From the NCBI GenBank assembly GCA_037142615.1, contig JBAXAI010000004.1, positions 96,001 to 160,000 on the forward strand: DNA of 64,000 nt, written 5' to 3'. The stretch comes from Spirochaetales bacterium. Its GTDB lineage: Bacteria > Spirochaetota > Spirochaetia > JABEVK01. The translations under genes were made by a program, and so were the position numbers. Numbering within the stretch: the first letter of the stretch is position 1; each line of letters begins with the position of its first letter. Below, piece by piece: positions 21,850 to 36,122 of the stretch. The notes beneath the pieces were generated by a model. That model was not told the DNA's origin and did no database searches. It saw only the letters and a program-made list of their open reading frames with translations.

Positions 21850-23103
21850 ATGGTAGGAATCGACTTCGGCACATCCAACACCGTGGTCACAGCGCGATCG
21901 TCTGCCGGAGTTGAAATCCTGCCGCTCGGCGCCGGGGAACGCTCGCTCCCAACCCTGCTCTTCGTCAACCAGGGCCATCAGGTTTCTATCGGTCACGAGG
22001 CGCGGCGGGCCCACGCCGAGGCGGCCCTGCACTCCGGTGGTGGCGCGGCGCCGTTCCGGCTGTTTCAGGCCCTCAAGCTGGCCCTCAAGGACCCCGACCT
22101 CGAATCCACCAACGTTTTTGGCCGTCAGGTCCGGCTGGAAACCATTGTTTCTTGGTATTTGGCGGAGCTGCGTCGGCGCATCCTGTTGGTCTTGCCGGGG
22201 TGGGACGGACACGCGGTGGTCGGTCGACCCGTCGAACTGTCGCCGGACCCCCGCGTGGACCTTCAACTTCAGCGGCGTTTCGAGGCCGCGTTCCTCGCGG
22301 CCGGATTTTCCTCTGTGAAGTTTGTGTACGAGCCGGTCGCCGCAGCGGTCGATCTTGTGGGCTCGCACGAAGGTCGGGTTCTGGTCTTCGACTTCGGCGG
22401 GGGCACGCTCGATGTTTCGGTGGCGACACTGGCGGGCAACACCATTGCTGTACCGGTCAGCGTGGGGCGTGACCTGGGCGGCTACCTGCTCGACGAGGAC
22501 CTTGCCCGGGGCCGGGTGAGACAGTACTTCGGCTACGGCGGCAAACTGCGCACGCTCACCGGTCAGTGGCTCGAAGTTCCCCACGACGTCACGGGGCAAG
22601 TCGTCCGGTTCAAGGTGCTCCCTTTCGACGAGATCCGCCGGATCAAGCGACTGATCCCCGAGCTCCTTCAAGAGGCCATCGACAAGCCGGCTCTTCGCGG
22701 TCTTCTTGCTTTCTTGGAACGAAACCTGACGTACGACCTGTATCAGGCTCTCGACCAGACCAAGATTGCCCTCAGCGACGCGCTTTCTTCCACGCTCAAC
22801 TTTCAGGTGCCGCCGCACGTGGCCCTTCACGAGGTTGTCACCCGCGCCGAATTGGAGGACCTGCTGGCTCCCCGAGTCGCCGAGGCCGAGCACCTCGTCC
22901 TCCTGGCCTTGTCCCTTGCCGGGCTGGCTCCCGGGGCGATCGACCAGGTGGTAAGGGTCGGCGGCTCGTCACAGATCCCCATTTTCCACCGCATGCTCGA
23001 ACAGTTGTTCCCCGGTCGGCTGACCGCAGGCCGGCTCTTCGAGGGAATCGCCCTGGGGCTGCTTCCCGCGTTCGAGCGAGGCCTGACGGTCCGTCCTAGC
23101 TGA
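21850..23103 (+). CDS. Hsp70-family ATPase-only protein (YegD-like)
   Basis: GIDFGTSN, YEPVAAA, DFGGGTLD, VGGSSQIP; 417 aa with no substrate-binding domain. Confidence 0.85.
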   Translation: MVGIDFGTSNTVVTARSSAGVEILPLGAGERSLPTLLFVNQGHQVSIGHEARRAHAEAALHSGGGAAPFRLFQALKLALKDPDLESTNVFGRQVRLETIVSWYLAELRRRILLVLPGWDGHAVVGRPVELSPDPRVDLQLQRRFEAAFLAAGFSSVKFVYEPVAAAVDLVGSHEGRVLVFDFGGGTLDVSVATLAGNTIAVPVSVGRDLGGYLLDEDLARGRVRQYFGYGGKLRTLTGQWLEVPHDVTGQVVRFKVLPFDEIRRIKRLIPELLQEAIDKPALRGLLAFLERNLTYDLYQALDQTKIALSDALSSTLNFQVPPHVALHEVVTRAELEDLLAPRVAEAEHLVLLALSLAGLAPGAIDQVVRVGGSSQIPIFHRMLEQLFPGRLTAGRLFEGIALGLLPAFERGLTVRPS

Positions 23104-23596
23104 TCGCCTTCCAAACAGCGTCGTAGTCCGGTTCCTTGCTGGTCTCGGGCACTTGCTCGGTGTACAACACAACGTCGTCTTTCCCTACAACGACCACGGC
23201 ACGCGAAAGGATGCCGGCCAGCGGCCCAGACTTCAGAAGCACCCCGTAGTCGGTGCCAAACTTCTGGTTGCGCATCTGGCTGAGTGTGATGACATTTCCG
23301 ATGTTGTTGGCCTCGCAGAACCGTCTTGCCGCGAAAGGCAAGTCAGCGCTCACGTTGAGGACCACAACATCAGCCTTGCCCGCCACCTGGTCGTTGAACT
23401 TGCGGGCTGACATCGCGCAGGTGCCTGTGTCGAGGCTGGGGTTGATGCTCAGCACCTTGATCTTGCCTCCAAAATCGCGCAGGCTGACGTCGGTCAGGTC
23501 GGTCTTGGTGAGTAGGAAATCAGGGGCTTTGCTCCCGATTTGAGGCAGGGTACCGACGGTTTCGACGGGTGCGCCTTTGTGAAGAATATGGGCCAT
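23096..23596 (-). CDS. tpx: Thiol peroxidase Tpx
   Basis: PSLDTGTC, SADLPFAARRFC, EPDYDA. Confidence 0.95.
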   Translation of the reverse strand: MAHILHKGAPVETVGTLPQIGSKAPDFLLTKTDLTDVSLRDFGGKIKVLSINPSLDTGTCAMSARKFNDQVAGKADVVVLNVSADLPFAARRFCEANNIGNVITLSQMRNQKFGTDYGVLLKSGPLAGILSRAVVVVGKDDVVLYTEQVPETSKEPDYDAVWKAIS

Positions 23597-23637
23597 GAAG
23601 GGTCTCCTTGGGCCCTAAAATACTACCAGTTTCCCCG

Positions 23638-23666
23638 TTGACAAAGGAAATCCCTTTCCGTATAGT
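23638..23666 (+). promoter_or_regulatory. Strong sigma70 promoter heading the tRNA/ribosomal cluster
   Basis: TTGACA-17bp-TATAGT. Confidence 0.85.
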
Positions 23667-23686
23667 CTACCTCACGCTTTACAAGC

Positions 23687-23758
23687 GCCTTCTTAGCTCA
23701 GGGGTAGAGCATTTCCATGGTAAGGAAAAGGTCCGCGGTTCAAATCCGCGAGAAGGCT
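23687..23758 (+). tRNA. tRNA-Thr(GGT)
   Basis: Acceptor stem GCCTTCT/AGAAGGC, anticodon arm TTTCC-ATGGTAA-GGAAA, T loop TTCAAAT; discriminator T; CCA not encoded. Confidence 0.97.
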
Positions 23759-23784
23759 GTCTTTAGGGACGATGGAGGTTCAAA

Positions 23785-23961
23785 ATGGCAAAAAAGAGCA
23801 AGGGTGGCGTGGAACTAATCGCTCTGGTCTGCACTGAGACCGGGTTGCGAAATTACACGACCAAGAAGAACCGCCGCAATAATCCCGAGAAGCTGGAGTT
23901 GATGAAGTACTGCCCCAAGCTTCGCAAGCATACCCTTCATCGCGAAGGGAAGATCAAATAA
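23785..23961 (+). CDS. rpmG: 50S ribosomal protein L33 (not in the ORF track)
   Basis: [58 protein letters not shown]; GGAGG SD. Confidence 0.97.
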   Translation: MAKKSKGGVELIALVCTETGLRNYTTKKNRRNNPEKLELMKYCPKLRKHTLHREGKIK

Positions 23962-23975
23962 TTCGTTTTTAATAC

Positions 23976-24048
23976 AGGTCAGTAGCTCCAATGGTAGAGC
24001 GGCGGTCTCCAAAACCGTTTGTTGGGGGTTCGAGTCCCTCCTGACCTG
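23976..24048 (+). tRNA. tRNA-Trp(CCA)
   Basis: Acceptor stem AGGTCAG/CTGACCT, anticodon loop CTCCAAA, GGTTCGAGTCC; canonical position before secE. Confidence 0.97.
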
Positions 24049-24069
24049 CGACTCTTAGAGGTGTCCTTC

Positions 24070-24249
24070 ATGAAGAAGATTCAGGCGTTTTTCAATGAGA
24101 TGATGGCAGAGCTCCGCAAGGTCATCTGGCCGAGCCCCGAGAAGGTTGTCGAAAACACCCGTATTGTTGTCTTGTCTACCGTGGCCCTGGCTCTCTTTTT
24201 TGGTACTGTCGACTTTCTCCTGATCGTCGGCACGAACTTCGTGTTCTAA
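24070..24249 (+). CDS. secE: Preprotein translocase SecE
   Basis: ELRKVIWPS plus one TM segment; synteny. Confidence 0.95.
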   Translation: MKKIQAFFNEMMAELRKVIWPSPEKVVENTRIVVLSTVALALFFGTVDFLLIVGTNFVF

Positions 24250-24260
24250 GGAGGGTATGA

Positions 24261-24818
24261 ATGGCCCGAGCCTGGTATATCCTCCAGACCTACTCCCAGT
24301 TCGAAAACCGTGTTGAGCGAAATATCCGCTTCCTGATGGAACAGCCTGGTCCGCTTGCCGACGGGGTGTTCGATATCAAGTGCCCTACCGAACGTGTGGT
24401 CGAAACCAAGAATGGCAAGAAGGTCGAAAAAGAGGTCAAGATCTGGCCTGGTTATATCCTCCTCGAAATGGACCTTCCGAATCTGGGTTGGAAAGACGTC
24501 GTGTCGCCCATCAAGCGCATTCAAGGCGTGAGCGGTTTCGTCGGCGCCGTCGGCAACGCCAAGCCTATGCCGATCTCGAATGACGAGGTCAAGCAGATCC
24601 TGATGCGCTCCGGCGACATCAAGAGTGACAAGTCGGTTCTGGTTCAGCATAACTTCCGCGAAGGACTGGAAGTTCGCATCAACGAGGGTCCGTTCGAATC
24701 GTTCAACGGCACGATCGACGATGTGAACCTCGACAAGCAGAAGTTGAAGGTTATGGTCAATATCTTCGGTCGGGCCACGGCGGTCGAAGTCGATTTCCAT
24801 CAGGTCGAAAAGATCTGA
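24261..24818 (+). CDS. nusG: Transcription factor NusG
   Basis: WY, PGYILLEM, KOW GPFESFNG, IFGR. Confidence 0.97.
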   Translation: MARAWYILQTYSQFENRVERNIRFLMEQPGPLADGVFDIKCPTERVVETKNGKKVEKEVKIWPGYILLEMDLPNLGWKDVVSPIKRIQGVSGFVGAVGNAKPMPISNDEVKQILMRSGDIKSDKSVLVQHNFREGLEVRINEGPFESFNGTIDDVNLDKQKLKVMVNIFGRATAVEVDFHQVEKI

Positions 24819-24873
24819 TTCGTTCTTTGGTAACAAGGGCGTAATAGCCTGGAGGGCCTCAAAACCCTCAATT

Positions 24874-24908
24874 GTTGGGAGATTCGCCTAGCGAATCGAT
24901 ATCACCAC
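24874..24908 (+). promoter_or_regulatory. Candidate L1-binding rplK leader
   Basis: TGGGAG...ACCAC flanking the hairpin GATTCGC-CTA-GCGAATC just before the rplK SD; resembles known L1 operators. Confidence 0.45.
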
Positions 24909-24921
24909 AAGGAGAGCTTCA

Positions 24922-25353
24922 ATGGCAAAGAAAAAGATCACCGCCATGGTCAAGCTTCAGTGTCCCGCCGGTAAGGCGACACCTGCTCCCCCCGTCGGTC
25001 CGGCGCTCGGTCCGCACGGCGTGAGCGCCCCTCAGTTCGTCACGCAGTTCAACGACCGCACGAAGAACATGGAGCCAGGCCTCATCATTCCGGCGATCAT
25101 CACGATCTACTCGGACAAGACCTTCACGTTTATTCTCAAGACACCCCCGGCTTCGGTCCTCATAAAAAAGGCAACCGGTGTCACCAAGGGTTCGCCTGAG
25201 TCGCACAAGACCAAAGTCGGCACCATCTCCAAGGCTAAGCTTCGCGAAATCGCCACCCTCAAGATGCCCGACCTGAATGCGAACGACATTGACGCCGCGA
25301 TGTCGATCATTGCCGGCACCGCCCGCTCCATGGGCATCGAGGCTGAAAAATGA
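24922..25353 (+). CDS. rplK: 50S ribosomal protein L11
   Basis: [19 protein letters not shown]. Confidence 0.99.
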   Translation: MAKKKITAMVKLQCPAGKATPAPPVGPALGPHGVSAPQFVTQFNDRTKNMEPGLIIPAIITIYSDKTFTFILKTPPASVLIKKATGVTKGSPESHKTKVGTISKAKLREIATLKMPDLNANDIDAAMSIIAGTARSMGIEAEK

Positions 25354-26033
25354 AGCATGGCAAAAAGTACCGCGCCGCTTTTGAGAAGATCGAACAGGGC
25401 AAGCTCTACGACTACGACGAAGCTTTGGGCCTCGTGAAGTCGGTTGCGTTCGCCAAGTTCGACGAAACCGTCGAGATTTCGGTGAAGTTGCACCTCAAGA
25501 AAAGCCATACCGTCCGTGACACGGTCGTTCTTCCCAACACCTTCATGGGTGAAAAGAAGATCCTCGTGTTCGCCAAGGGTGACAAAGCCGACGAAGCCCG
25601 CGCACTCGGTGCCGCCTTCGTAGGTGAAGCCGACCTGATTGAGAAAATCAAGGGCGGCTGGATGGACTTCGACATCTGCGTTGCCACACCCGACATGATG
25701 AAAGACGTCGGTAAGCTGGGCCCCATCCTCGGTCGCCGAGGCCTGATGCCCAACCCGAAGACGGGCACCGTGACCAACGACCTTGCCGCCGCCATCAAGG
25801 AATTGAAGGCCGGGCGTATCGAGTTCCGCGCCGACAAAACCGGTGTCGTTCACTTGCCCGTGGGCAAGGTTTCGATGGAAGTCGCCAAGGTCAACGAAAA
25901 CGTTCAGACCTTCCTCGGAGAGTTGGAACGCCGCCGCCCTTCGGACCTCAAGGGTGACTACATCAAGTCGGTGGCCGTCAGTTCGACCATGGGCCCCGGG
26001 GTTATGATCCAGTTCAAGGTTGCCAAGGAGTAA
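25350..26033 (+). CDS. rplA: 50S ribosomal protein L1
   Basis: [24 protein letters not shown]. Confidence 0.99.
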   Translation: MKHGKKYRAAFEKIEQGKLYDYDEALGLVKSVAFAKFDETVEISVKLHLKKSHTVRDTVVLPNTFMGEKKILVFAKGDKADEARALGAAFVGEADLIEKIKGGWMDFDICVATPDMMKDVGKLGPILGRRGLMPNPKTGTVTNDLAAAIKELKAGRIEFRADKTGVVHLPVGKVSMEVAKVNENVQTFLGELERRRPSDLKGDYIKSVAVSSTMGPGVMIQFKVAKE

Positions 26034-26036
26034 GCC

Positions 26037-26573
26037 ATGTCGGAAAAGAGAATCCAGCCCGCAAAAATCCAGGCCGTCGCCGATCTCGACAAGCATTTCG
26101 AGGGCGTCCAAGACTACATTTTCGCCAGCTACCGCGGCATGACCGTGGAGCAGCTCTTCACGCTGCGCCGCCAACTCCGCAAGGAAGGGGCCGACTTCAA
26201 GGTTGTGAAGAACAACTTCGCCAAGATCGTGTTTCGCAACCACAAGGCCGATGGCGTCGAAGGTTACCTCGTAGGACCGACCGCCGTGGCTCTTGCCCGC
26301 AAGGACTCCGGTCCCGTGGCCAAGATTCTGGTGGACTACGCCAAGGAAGTTCCGACCCTGGAAGTGAAGGGGGGGTACATCGGCGGCTCGGCGTTCAACG
26401 CCAAGCAGGTCGAGTCCTTCTCGAAGTTGCCCAGCAAGAACGAACTGCTGTCGATGCTGATGAGCACCATGCAGGCGCCCACGCAGAATCTGGTGTTCGT
26501 TCTCAACGGGGTTACCACCAAGCTGGTGCGCACCCTGCAAGCCGTCGCTGACAAGAAAGCCTCGGGCGAATAG
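26037..26573 (+). CDS. rplJ: 50S ribosomal protein L10
   Basis: YRGMTV, KVVKN, GPTA, KLPSK. Confidence 0.98.
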   Translation: MSEKRIQPAKIQAVADLDKHFEGVQDYIFASYRGMTVEQLFTLRRQLRKEGADFKVVKNNFAKIVFRNHKADGVEGYLVGPTAVALARKDSGPVAKILVDYAKEVPTLEVKGGYIGGSAFNAKQVESFSKLPSKNELLSMLMSTMQAPTQNLVFVLNGVTTKLVRTLQAVADKKASGE

Positions 26574-26699
26574 GCCCACGGCGAGTTGTTTCAAAGGGCT
26601 GGTTCGCCAGTTCAACGTTTTATTTTTGTGTATCAACGGACCGGTTAGTCTTCGTTTCTAGCCTGCTATCCGGCCGTTACCATATAAGGAGAAGATAAT

Positions 26700-27083
26700 A
26701 TGGCTAAGCTCTCTGCCCAGGAAGTCCTGGACGCTATCGCCGGCATGACCGTTCTGGAAGTTTCCGAACTGGTCAAGGCCATGGAAACCAAGTTTGGTGT
26801 CACCGCTGCCGCTCCCGTGGCTGTGGCTGCTGCCGGCCCCGCTGCCGCTGCCGCCCCTGCTGCCGAGGAACAGACTGAGTTCGACGTCATCCTCAAGGCC
26901 CATGGTGAGAAGAAGATCGACGTCATCAAGGTCGTTCGCGAAATCACCGCTCTCGGTCTCAAGGAAGCCAAGGATCTCGTCGAAGCTGGCGGCAAGGCCG
27001 TCAAGGAAGGCGTCACCAAGGCCGAAGCCGAGGAAATCAAGAAGAAGCTCACTGCTGTGGGCGCTGAAGTTGAGATCAAGTAA
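26700..27083 (+). CDS. rplL: 50S ribosomal protein L7/L12
   Basis: Ala-rich hinge, [15 protein letters not shown]. Confidence 0.99.
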   Translation: MAKLSAQEVLDAIAGMTVLEVSELVKAMETKFGVTAAAPVAVAAAGPAAAAAPAAEEQTEFDVILKAHGEKKIDVIKVVREITALGLKEAKDLVEAGGKAVKEGVTKAEAEEIKKKLTAVGAEVEIK

Positions 27084-27134
27084 GGAATTGGCCCTGGCAT
27101 GCCGGGGTTTCTAGTTTCTAGTTTTCTCTTTTAA

Positions 27135-27187
27135 CCTCCGGAACTCCAAAGGTCGAAAAACCTATGGAGTTCTGGCGGCTTTTTTTG
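27135..27187 (+). terminator. Intrinsic terminator/attenuator between rplL and rpoB
   Basis: CCGGAACTCCA...TGGAGTTCTGG stem followed shortly by a T-run. Confidence 0.6.
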
Positions 27188-27238
27188 TCAGGGGGGCCTC
27201 AGGCCCCGGGGACCTACTGGGTCCTGCAGGAGGGTTGC

Positions 27239-30200
27239 ATGAATTTGACACGACCGAAGAAGATTGAACGCGTGTACATCGGTAAAGAAGTCCAGGAGGT
27301 CATGGAACTCCCCGACCTCATCGACATCCAGCTCTCCTCGTACGAGCGCTTCCTGCAGCGCGAAAAACTCAAGAACAAAATCGCTATCACGCGAACCGGG
27401 CTGGAAGAAGTCTTTCAGGAGACGTTTCCCATTGTCAGCCAAAACGAAGAACTGACCCTCGAATACTCTCATTATACGCTGGACGAGAACGGCGTCAAAT
27501 TTTCTGAAAACGAATGCAAGAAAAAGGGCCTCACCTACGCCATTCCCCTGAAGGCCCGCATCAATTTGTACTTTAACAGCACTGGCGAAATCCGTCAGAA
27601 AGACATCTACATGGGCGACATTCCCATCATGACCGACCGGGGCACCTTCATCGTCAACGGGGCCGAGCGCGTTGTGGTTTCCCAGATTCACCGGTCACCC
27701 GGCGTTGTGTTCAGCCACGAAAAGGGCATTTTCTCGAGCCGCATTATTCCCAACAAAGGCAGTTGGCTCGAGTTTGAAATCGACCAGAAGAAAGAATTGG
27801 TTTACGCCAAGATCGACCGCAAGAAGCGCATCCTGGCGACCTTGCTCCTGCGTTCCCTGGGTCTACACACCCGTGACGAGATTCTTTCGTACTTCTACGA
27901 AACCAAGGTCGTCACCCTCGAGGCCTCCGAAGCCGCCAAAGAAAAGCTTTCGGGTACCATCCTCGCCAAGAGTGTTTGGGTGGAAGAAAACGGCACCAAG
28001 AAGAAGCTCTTTCGCGCCGGTGAGCGCCTGCACGCCCACGAGTTCGACGAACTCATCCACCAGGGTGTCAAGGAAATCACGCTCGTCGACGATTCCCGCG
28101 CCAAGGGCAAGGAAGAAGGGGCCAGCTACCTTTCGAGCCGCATCATCCTGAACTGCTTTGAGCGCGAAGATGCCAAGTACGTGCGCGACCCCAGCGTCAG
28201 CGACGAACCTACCCGCGAAGATGCTCTGGCCGCCGTTTACTCCGTTCTGCTTCCCGGCGAGCCGGTGTCGGTCGAGAGCGCCGAAAAAGACCTTGCCATG
28301 ATGTTTTTCAACCCTCGCCGCTACGACCTGGGCAAGGTGGGGCGCTACAAGCTGAACAAGAAGTTCGGCTACGAAGTGCCCATCGAAGAAACGGTTCTGA
28401 CGCGTGACGACATCATCAACACCATGTTGCACCTGATCAAGGTGTATCATGAAGACGCCAACATCGACGACATCGACCATTTGGGCAACCGCCGCGTGCG
28501 TTCCGTCGGCGAGCTGCTGGGCAACGTCATGAAGACGGCCTTTAGCCGAATGGAGCGGATCGCCAAGGAACGCATGACGCTGAAAGAAATCGAGACCCTG
28601 AAACCCCAGGATCTCGTTTCGATCAAGCCCGTTGTCGCAGCGATCAAAGAGTTCTTCGGCTCCAGCCAATTGTCGCAGTTCATGGACCAGGTTAATCCGC
28701 TTGCCGAGTTGACCCATAAGCGCCGCCTCAACGCCCTCGGGCCGGGTGGCCTTTCCCGCGACCGCGCCGGCTTCGAAGTCCGCGACGTTCACTACACCCA
28801 TTACGGCCGCATGTGCCCCATCGAAACTCCTGAAGGACCGAACATCGGCCTCATCGTTTCGCTCGCGAGTTACACGCGGGTCAACGACTATGGGTTCCTT
28901 GAAACCCCCTACCGCAAGGTTGTGGGCGGCAAAGCGACCAACAAGGTCGAGTACCTGTCGGCCATCGACGAAGAGAAGTTCTACATCGCTCAGGCCTCGG
29001 CCAAGCTGACCAAAGACGGCTCTTTCCTCGAAGACCAGGTTCCCTCCCGCAAGGCTGGTGACTACACCACCAAAGAAGCCGCTTCGTTGCAGTACATGGA
29101 TGTGTCGCCCAAGCAGATCATCTCGGTCAGCTCGGCTCTCATCCCCTTCCTCGAGCACGATGACGCCAACCGCGCCCTGATGGGTTCGAACATGCAGCGC
29201 CAGGCCGTTCCCTTGCTCTTCCCGGATCCGCCGATTGTTGGCACCGGCATGGAAAAGAAGGCCGCCTACGATTCGGGTGTCTTGGTAAAGGCAAAACGTG
29301 GTGGAGAAGTCACTTACGTGTCGTCGACCCACATCTACATCAAACCGACCGATGCCGCCGTGGCCGAAGAGCGCGACGAGTACGAACTGATCAAGTTTGC
29401 CCGTACCAACCAGGACACGTGTTTCAACCACCGTCCTGTTGTTCGCGTTGGCGACAAGATCGAGAAGGGTGCGGTGCTGGCCGACGGTCCGGCCACCCTG
29501 CACGGAGAGCTGGCTCTGGGCCGCAACCTGCTTCTGGGCTTCGTGCCCTGGAACGGCTACAACTATGAGGATGCCATCCTCATCAGTGAGCGCGTTGTCA
29601 AAGAAGACCTGTTCACTTCGATCCACATCAAGGAGTTCAGCACCGAGATCCGTGAAACGAAGCTCGGGCCGGAGCGCATCACCCGCGACGTCCCCAACTG
29701 CAGCGAAAAGGCCCTTGAGGACCTCGACGACGAAGGCATCGCCTGTGTTGGTTCCAAGGTGAAGGCTGGCTCGATCCTCGTTGGCAAGGTGACCCCGAAG
29801 TCGGAGACCGAAACCACGCCCGAGTTCAAGCTGCTCAACAGTATTTTCGGCGAGAAGGCCAAGGACGTCAAAGACAGTTCGCTGCGCCTTCCCCACGGTA
29901 TCGAAGGCACCATTATCGACATTCAGCGCCTCAAGCGCTCCGAAGGTGACGATTTGCCCCCCGGTGTCGACGAAGTGATCAAGGTTCTGGTCGCCAAGAA
30001 GCGCAAGCTCAAGGAAGGCGACAAAATGGCTGGCCGCCACGGCAACAAGGGCGTTGTCGCACGCATTCTCCCGGTCGAAGACATGCCCTACATGGAAGAC
30101 GGTACGTCTCTCGACATCTGCCTCAACCCCTTGGGTGTTCCGTCCCGCATGAACCTCGGCCAGATCCTCGAATCGGAGCTCGGCATCGCCGGCTACCTGC

Positions 30201-30763
30201 TGGGCGAGCACTATTCGACACCGGTGTTTCAATCCGCCAGCGCGGAAATGATCGAGGACAAGCTCGAAAGTGCTGGCTTCAGCCGAACCAGCAAGACCAC
30301 TCTGATCGACGGCCGCACCGGAGTTGCCTTCGTGAACCCGGTCATGGTCGGCGTCATGTACGTGCTCAAGCTTCACCACTTGGTCGATGACAAGATGCAC
30401 GCACGCTCCACGGGGCCTTACTCGCTGGTCACCCAGCAGCCCTTGGGCGGAAAGGCCCAGTTCGGCGGACAGCGCCTCGGGGAAATGGAAGTCTGGGCTC
30501 TCGAAGCCTACGGCGCCGCCAATACTCTTCAGGAACTGCTGACCATCAAGTCCGACGACATGACCGGGCGTGCCAAGATTTACGAAGCCATCGTGAAGGG
30601 TGAAGCCACCAGTACCGCCGGTATCCCCGAGTCGTTCAACGTGCTCGTTCAGGAACTACGCGGTTTGGGCCTCGACCTGACCATCTACGACAGCAAGGAT
30701 CGCCAGATTCCCCTCACCGAGCGGGACGAAGAGCTGATCGCCAAGAACGGAAGCCATTTCTAA
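27239..30763 (+). CDS. rpoB: RNA polymerase beta subunit
   Basis: [30 protein letters not shown]; ATG after GGAGG. Confidence 0.99.
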   Translation: MNLTRPKKIERVYIGKEVQEVMELPDLIDIQLSSYERFLQREKLKNKIAITRTGLEEVFQETFPIVSQNEELTLEYSHYTLDENGVKFSENECKKKGLTYAIPLKARINLYFNSTGEIRQKDIYMGDIPIMTDRGTFIVNGAERVVVSQIHRSPGVVFSHEKGIFSSRIIPNKGSWLEFEIDQKKELVYAKIDRKKRILATLLLRSLGLHTRDEILSYFYETKVVTLEASEAAKEKLSGTILAKSVWVEENGTKKKLFRAGERLHAHEFDELIHQGVKEITLVDDSRAKGKEEGASYLSSRIILNCFEREDAKYVRDPSVSDEPTREDALAAVYSVLLPGEPVSVESAEKDLAMMFFNPRRYDLGKVGRYKLNKKFGYEVPIEETVLTRDDIINTMLHLIKVYHEDANIDDIDHLGNRRVRSVGELLGNVMKTAFSRMERIAKERMTLKEIETLKPQDLVSIKPVVAAIKEFFGSSQLSQFMDQVNPLAELTHKRRLNALGPGGLSRDRAGFEVRDVHYTHYGRMCPIETPEGPNIGLIVSLASYTRVNDYGFLETPYRKVVGGKATNKVEYLSAIDEEKFYIAQASAKLTKDGSFLEDQVPSRKAGDYTTKEAASLQYMDVSPKQIISVSSALIPFLEHDDANRALMGSNMQRQAVPLLFPDPPIVGTGMEKKAAYDSGVLVKAKRGGEVTYVSSTHIYIKPTDAAVAEERDEYELIKFARTNQDTCFNHRPVVRVGDKIEKGAVLADGPATLHGELALGRNLLLGFVPWNGYNYEDAILISERVVKEDLFTSIHIKEFSTEIRETKLGPERITRDVPNCSEKALEDLDDEGIACVGSKVKAGSILVGKVTPKSETETTPEFKLLNSIFGEKAKDVKDSSLRLPHGIEGTIIDIQRLKRSEGDDLPPGVDEVIKVLVAKKRKLKEGDKMAGRHGNKGVVARILPVEDMPYMEDGTSLDICLNPLGVPSRMNLGQILESELGIAGYLLGEHYSTPVFQSASAEMIEDKLESAGFSRTSKTTLIDGRTGVAFVNPVMVGVMYVLKLHHLVDDKMHARSTGPYSLVTQQPLGGKAQFGGQRLGEMEVWALEAYGAANTLQELLTIKSDDMTGRAKIYEAIVKGEATSTAGIPESFNVLVQELRGLGLDLTIYDSKDRQIPLTERDEELIAKNGSHF

Positions 30764-30784
30764 GGCATACGGGAGCACAAACGA

Positions 30785-35059
<4,275 letters not shown>

Positions 35060-35065
35060 GTTTGA

Positions 35066-35110
35066 ACGGGGTAGGGGGCTTGTTAGTGTTCCCTGCCCTG
35101 TGCTATTTTA
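35066..35110 (+). terminator. Probable terminator hairpin after rpoC
   Basis: ACGGGGTAGGGG...TTCCCTGCCCTGT followed by GCTATTTT. Confidence 0.5.
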
Positions 35111-35199
35111 TTCTGCATTCTGAGTGGAATCCTGTCATGCTGACCTTCTGTTAGAAGGGACGGGAATCCGCTGGAACTGAACAGGGAGAGTTTTCTTTC

Positions 35200-35574
35200 A
35201 TGCCCACCATTAACCAGCTGGTCCGAAGTGGCCGCCAACAGGTCGTTTTCAAGACGAAGTCGCCTGCGCTCCAGGCCAGTCCTCAGAAGCGCGGAGTTTG
35301 TACCCGCGTCATGACCATGACCCCCAAGAAGCCCAACTCGGCCCTCCGTAAGGTAGCCCGTGTTCGCCTGTCCAACGGCATCGAAGTCACGGCCTATATT
35401 CCCGGTATTGGTCATAACCTCCAGGAACACTCGGTGGTCATTATCCGTGGTGGTCGTGTGAAGGACCTTCCGGGTGTGCGCTACCACATTGTTCGTGGAG
35501 CCAAGGATGCTCTGGGCGTTGCCAAGAGAATGCAATCCCGTTCCAAGTACGGCGCCAAGCGCCCGAAGACCTGA
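35200..35574 (+). CDS. rpsL: 30S ribosomal protein S12
   Basis: [19 protein letters not shown]. Confidence 0.99.
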   Translation: MPTINQLVRSGRQQVVFKTKSPALQASPQKRGVCTRVMTMTPKKPNSALRKVARVRLSNGIEVTAYIPGIGHNLQEHSVVIIRGGRVKDLPGVRYHIVRGAKDALGVAKRMQSRSKYGAKRPKT

Positions 35575-35585
35575 GGAGTTGATCG

Positions 35586-36056
35586 ATGCCCCGCAAGAGT
35601 TATGACGCCAACCGGCCTTTGCAGCCGGATCCGATCCACCACTCCGTGGTCGTTGCCAAGTTTATCCGCCGCATGATGTACGATGGTCAGTTGATGACCT
35701 CCTCGAATATCGTGATGCGCGCCTTCGCTCTTCTGGCCGAGAAGTCGGGCAAAGAACCGCTCGAAGTGTTTCTCAAGGCCCTCGACAACGTGAAACCCGT
35801 TGTCGAAGTCAAGTCGCGGCGCGTAGGCGGATCGACCTACCAGGTGCCTATCGAAATTCGAGAGTCCAGGCGCGAAGCTCTGGCTCACCGCTGGATCATC
35901 AATGCCTCACGCACCCGCAGTGGCAAGTCCATGAGCGAGAAGTTGGCTGCCGAGCTGTTTGATGCTTTCAGCAACACGGGGTCAGCCTTCAAGAAGAAGG
36001 AAGATACCCACCGCATGGCCGAGGCCAACAAGGCGTTCAGCCACTACAAGTGGTAG
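35586..36056 (+). CDS. rpsG: 30S ribosomal protein S7
   Basis: SRRVGGSTYQVP, MAEANKAF. Confidence 0.99.
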   Translation: MPRKSYDANRPLQPDPIHHSVVVAKFIRRMMYDGQLMTSSNIVMRAFALLAEKSGKEPLEVFLKALDNVKPVVEVKSRRVGGSTYQVPIEIRESRREALAHRWIINASRTRSGKSMSEKLAAELFDAFSNTGSAFKKKEDTHRMAEANKAFSHYKW

Positions 36057-36087
36057 TTGGATTTTGTCGAAATGAACGGTCGGCTTG

Positions 36088-36116
36088 TTGACAGGACCTT
36101 GGGGTTCTGCTAAGGT
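36088..36116 (+). promoter_or_regulatory. Sigma70 promoter for tuf/S10
   Basis: TTGACA-17bp-TAAGGT with extended -10 TG. Confidence 0.75.
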
Positions 36117-36122
36117 AGCCGA

